64,000 nucleotides of DNA from a bacterium (GTDB lineage Bacteria > UBA8248), in NCBI GenBank assembly GCA_965204535.1, contig CBDBEV010000001.1, positions 1,632,001-1,696,000 of the forward strand, in the 5' to 3' direction. A model generated the notes under the pieces. That model was given only the letters and a program-made list of their open reading frames with translations. It was not told the DNA's origin and did no database searches. This document shows, piece after piece, positions 61,047 through 64,000 of the stretch. The first letter of the stretch is position 1, and each line of letters starts with the position of its first letter. Made by a program: the position numbers and the translations under genes.

Positions 61047-61187
61047 CTACACGCTATAAAACTCCTCCGCCTCGCCTTGCGCCTCGTCGCGGATCTTCCT
61101 GATCGTGTACGCGTCGAGTCCGAGTTCTGCGAGCAACTCGTCTGCGGTGGGAACATCGACGTCGAAGTCGTTCTCGTACATGGCCAT
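61047..61187 (-). CDS. Small acidic hypothetical protein (46 aa)
   Basis: AGGAGG RBS immediately upstream; MAMYENDFDVDVPTADELLAELGLDAYTIRKIRDEAQGEAEEFYSV. Confidence 0.55.
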   Translation of the reverse strand: MAMYENDFDVDVPTADELLAELGLDAYTIRKIRDEAQGEAEEFYSV

Positions 61188-61367
61188 GCCTCCTGTCGGG
61201 GTTGTCGCCGGCAACGGGAGCTGGAGACCGTCTCCCTCTCCCCTGCCGGGCCTTTGCCCGGCTCCCCGCTTCGCTCCACCTCTCACGGTCAGGTTCACTG
61301 CCGATGAGGACCGCCCGCCGACCACGCCCGGACTTGCGCCTGCCTCGGGATTGGGGTCAGATGGGAC

Positions 61368-61727
61368 ATGGACGATCGCAGACGTATCGGGCGTGTCGGC
61401 TTCCGGGTGCTTGCGCTCCTTTGGCTGCCGGCCGGGGTGTTCACGACGGCGGCCGTGCTCTTCTGGACGGCGCCCGCGGCCTGGACGCCGATGACGCCTG
61501 CATCGGCGGCAACGCTTGCGCCAGGCGGTATTCCGCTCGCCCTGGCGTGCCGGCAGTTGTGGCGGCTGGGCCGGCGCCGCGCCGCCTGGGCGACGTGGGA
61601 GGTGCTCGGCGGGGTGACGGCGCCGCTTGTGGCGGGACTGTCCGGCCCGCTCGCGATAGCCGCCTGTGCGGTCCTTCTCAGCCCCCCGGCCTGGATCGTC
61701 TGGTGGTGGCTCGCGGGGCGGGACTGA
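61368..61727 (+). CDS. Hypothetical membrane protein
   Basis: 119 aa with about four hydrophobic segments. Confidence 0.55.
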   Translation: MDDRRRIGRVGFRVLALLWLPAGVFTTAAVLFWTAPAAWTPMTPASAATLAPGGIPLALACRQLWRLGRRRAAWATWEVLGGVTAPLVAGLSGPLAIAACAVLLSPPAWIVWWWLAGRD

Positions 61728-61850
61728 AAACGGCCGAGGGTGGGCCGGCTGCGTAGCAGGGCGGCGTCAAACCCTCCTCCCCGGCCGGGTCCGGTCCCCC
61801 GGCGGCCGGCCGTACGTACCCCCGGAGGGCGGAGAGAGGAGGCTTCCGGG

Positions 61851-62702
61851 ATGATCAGGGTCGTGAGCTGGAATATCGCCAGGCACCAGGAGCCGTGGCG
61901 CGAACTGGAGAGGATGGCGAGGCGGGACGAGGCGGACGTCGCGCTGCTCCAGGAAGCCGGGAGTCCGCCCGGCGAGCTGGCGCACCTGCTCCCCCGCGAG
62001 GACGAGACGTTCTGGAGCCGTCACCTCTATGACCGATGGTGCCTGGTCGCGGGTTTGTCCGGCCGGGTCCGGGTCGAGCGCTTCCGCGAGGTCCCCCCGA
62101 TCAGCTATCTCGGCGAGGGCGACGTCGGCGTGAGCGGCATCGGCACCATCGCCGCCGCGCGGGTGGTCCCCCACGAGGACGAAGCGGAGGCTTTCGTGGC
62201 GGTCTCGATGTACGCGCGCTGGATGAAGCCCCACCCCTCGACCGGAAGTCCCTTCAGGGTCGGCGCTTCCGACGTTTCGGCGCACCGGATCATCTCGGAC
62301 CTCTCGGCCTTCATTGGTCACGTCGACCCGTCCAAACACCGCATCCTGGCCGCGGGCGACCTGAACATGTTCTACGGCGCGACGGGTCATGAACTCTCGC
62401 TGCCGGAGCGAGAGCGCACGGTCTGGGCGCGGATGGAGGCGCTCGGGCTGGAGTTTCTCGGGCCGCAGGCGCCGGACGGACGCCTATCGGCGACGCCTCA
62501 GCCCGATGTGCCGGCCGACACGAAGAATGTCCCGACATTCCACATTATCGGGCAATCTCCGGCGGATGCCGACCGCCAGTTCGACTACGCCTTCGCCTCG
62601 CGGGGTTTTCACGAGGGAGTGCGGGTCCGCGCGCTCAACGACGTGGATGAGTGGGGCGCCAGCGACCATTGCCGGCTGCTGATCGAGGTCGACACGGGAT
62701 GA
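61851..62702 (+). CDS. Endonuclease/exonuclease/phosphatase (EEP) family protein
   Basis: VVSWNI, DVALLQEA, AGDLN, DYAF and SDH catalytic motifs. Confidence 0.9.
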   Translation: MIRVVSWNIARHQEPWRELERMARRDEADVALLQEAGSPPGELAHLLPREDETFWSRHLYDRWCLVAGLSGRVRVERFREVPPISYLGEGDVGVSGIGTIAAARVVPHEDEAEAFVAVSMYARWMKPHPSTGSPFRVGASDVSAHRIISDLSAFIGHVDPSKHRILAAGDLNMFYGATGHELSLPERERTVWARMEALGLEFLGPQAPDGRLSATPQPDVPADTKNVPTFHIIGQSPADADRQFDYAFASRGFHEGVRVRALNDVDEWGASDHCRLLIEVDTG

Positions 62703-62723
62703 AGGACTTGGCGGGGACGGCGA

Positions 62724-63533
62724 CTACCAACCGGTCATGGACGCAATGAGCGGTGCGTCTTCGATGACTTCCACTTCCTCCCGGGAGAGCTTCTCGAATG
62801 CGAGGCACATCGCCACCTCCTCCCAGGAGTCCCAGGGTCCGTGCTCCTCGCCCGTGGCAAGTTCTATTACGGTGTAGCGCGGCGGATAGACGGGCATTCC
62901 CTTGTGCTCATCCGAGGAGTGATACGACCGACGCGCGCAGGGAGTACATCTCACCCCTGCGTCCGCATTGACACCGCAGTCGACGCAAAGTCCGAGGGCC
63001 CGCCTGTCGTGATAGCGCGCCCGGCTCGCGGCGTTCTTCTTCGTTGAACGGGACTGCTCGCGCGCGGCGCAGGCTTCGCACCTGGAAGCTCCTGCGAAGA
63101 CCTGTCCTCCGCACCGACCGCATCGCCCCCCGGCGCGCCTTTCGGCGTAGAGTTTCTTCTCGGCCGCGCGCCTCGCCTCTCGGCAAGGTTCGCAGACGGC
63201 GCCACCCTCTGCCGGAGGAAGCTCGCCGCAACGGGTGCACAACCCGGCTTCGGTGCGCTCGCGCCTGCGGCGTTTGCTCCTCTCCCGCGCCATGCGCCGG
63301 CGGCTCTCGGGGTTTCTCCCCCCGTAGGGATCCCCGGCAGCTTTCCGCCTCTCGTAGCGGGCGCGCTCGGACTTGCGGCTTTTTTCGAGGCAGACCTCGC
63401 AAAGACTTCGCCCGGACGCAGGGCGTCTGCGTCCGCATTTGATGCAAAGGCCTTGCGCGCGGCGTTCGGCGACGCGCCGCCTGTGGCGTTCGCGATCGAA
63501 CTTGCGCCTCGTCTCCGGGTCCTTGTGCGGCAT
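62724..63533 (-). CDS. Arg-rich multi-CxxC (zinc-ribbon repeat) hypothetical protein
   Basis: Four repeats of (GL)CxxCG-x6-8-CxxC separated by basic helices; GGAG RBS before MPHKDPE. Confidence 0.75.
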   Translation of the reverse strand: MPHKDPETRRKFDRERHRRRVAERRAQGLCIKCGRRRPASGRSLCEVCLEKSRKSERARYERRKAAGDPYGGRNPESRRRMARERSKRRRRERTEAGLCTRCGELPPAEGGAVCEPCREARRAAEKKLYAERRAGGRCGRCGGQVFAGASRCEACAAREQSRSTKKNAASRARYHDRRALGLCVDCGVNADAGVRCTPCARRSYHSSDEHKGMPVYPPRYTVIELATGEEHGPWDSWEEVAMCLAFEKLSREEVEVIEDAPLIASMTGW

Positions 63534-63622
63534 GGTTTTCTCCGTATGTTGGTGAAGTCGTTCGGACGGCGCCGGGTCGGCAAGACGTCTTGCGGGCGGA
63601 AGTCCTCCCGGGGGGGACTCCC

Positions 63623-63919
63623 TCACCGGCACAGCATGCGGGCCCACACGAGGTGCTCGCCCCAGAGCTGAAGCCCGCTGCCGGGGACCCGGAGCCCCGT
63701 GCAGACGATGAGTTCATCTCGTGCGGGACGCATCTCGCAGACCGCCCGGCGTGAGGCGGTCACGCGTTTGCTCTTGCGTTTCCCACTCTCCCTGTCGGGC
63801 ACGGGCCTGATGTCGCCATCGGCGGACTTGTAGCGTTTCACTTCGTAGCGCTCATCCTCGAGGCCGCGTCCGAACAGGTGGGTGAGGAAGGTGCTCGCTT
63901 CGGGTTTGGGTTTTCGCAT
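63623..63919 (-). CDS. Hypothetical protein
   Basis: 98-aa ORF with GGAG RBS, co-oriented upstream of the CxxC gene; no recognised motif. Confidence 0.4.
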   Translation of the reverse strand: MRKPKPEASTFLTHLFGRGLEDERYEVKRYKSADGDIRPVPDRESGKRKSKRVTASRRAVCEMRPARDELIVCTGLRVPGSGLQLWGEHLVWARMLCR

Positions 63920-64000
63920 CTCGTGAGTCTCCCTGTATTGGATGATTTGCGCGTAGCGGGGAAACGCCCTCTCCCAGACGCCCCTGCTCCGCCCCCTCCC

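Larger units (their letters stand above)
31955..64000. mobile_element. Integrative mobilizable/conjugative element with defence cargo (right end not in window; left boundary approximate)
   Basis: Housekeeping genes end abruptly at an AT-rich spacer; integrases, T4CP, MOBF relaxase, ssb and leading-region genes follow with patchy GC; no att repeat identified. Confidence 0.8.

Overview
High-GC bacterial chromosome window in two halves. Bases 1-31954 are host genes. They include a Tat-exported ABC binding protein and a catabolic cluster: amidohydrolase with Rieske ferredoxin, class III CoA-transferase, HMG-CoA-lyase-like enzyme, Dpp/Opp permeases, an FAH-family protein, two tandem TPP-dependent E1 alpha/beta pairs with no E2/E3, a CMD-family protein and an alpha/beta hydrolase. 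A ~2 kb tandem duplication of a family-5 binding protein follows, then an LLM oxidoreductase, an M24-fold hydrolase, a split ATP synthase operon (atpF'-F-H-A-G-D-C) and a second FAH-family gene. Two intergenic MITE/REP composites lie at 2.4-2.7 kb and 5.6-6.0 kb. From ~32 kb to the window end lies an integrative mobile element that probably continues past the right edge. Its backbone has two coupled tyrosine integrases, a TraD/TrwB coupling protein, a MOBF relaxase-helicase, an RHH protein and a Y-family polymerase with a small Zn-protein partner. It also has a candidate F-like nic site and a leading region (DUF2493, DUF4326, ssb) containing an Frpo-like hairpin promoter. The visibly lower-GC cargo looks like a defence island: a NERD/SEC-C nuclease, a Swt1-type HEPN protein, a SIR2-like protein, a 1270-aa DSR-like sirtuin, and fragments of three different restriction-modification enzymes. 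The best candidate for an undescribed system is a three-gene operon in this cargo (REase-fold nuclease, TPR-like protein, HEPN-like protein). All family calls come from motif recognition by eye; no searches were run.
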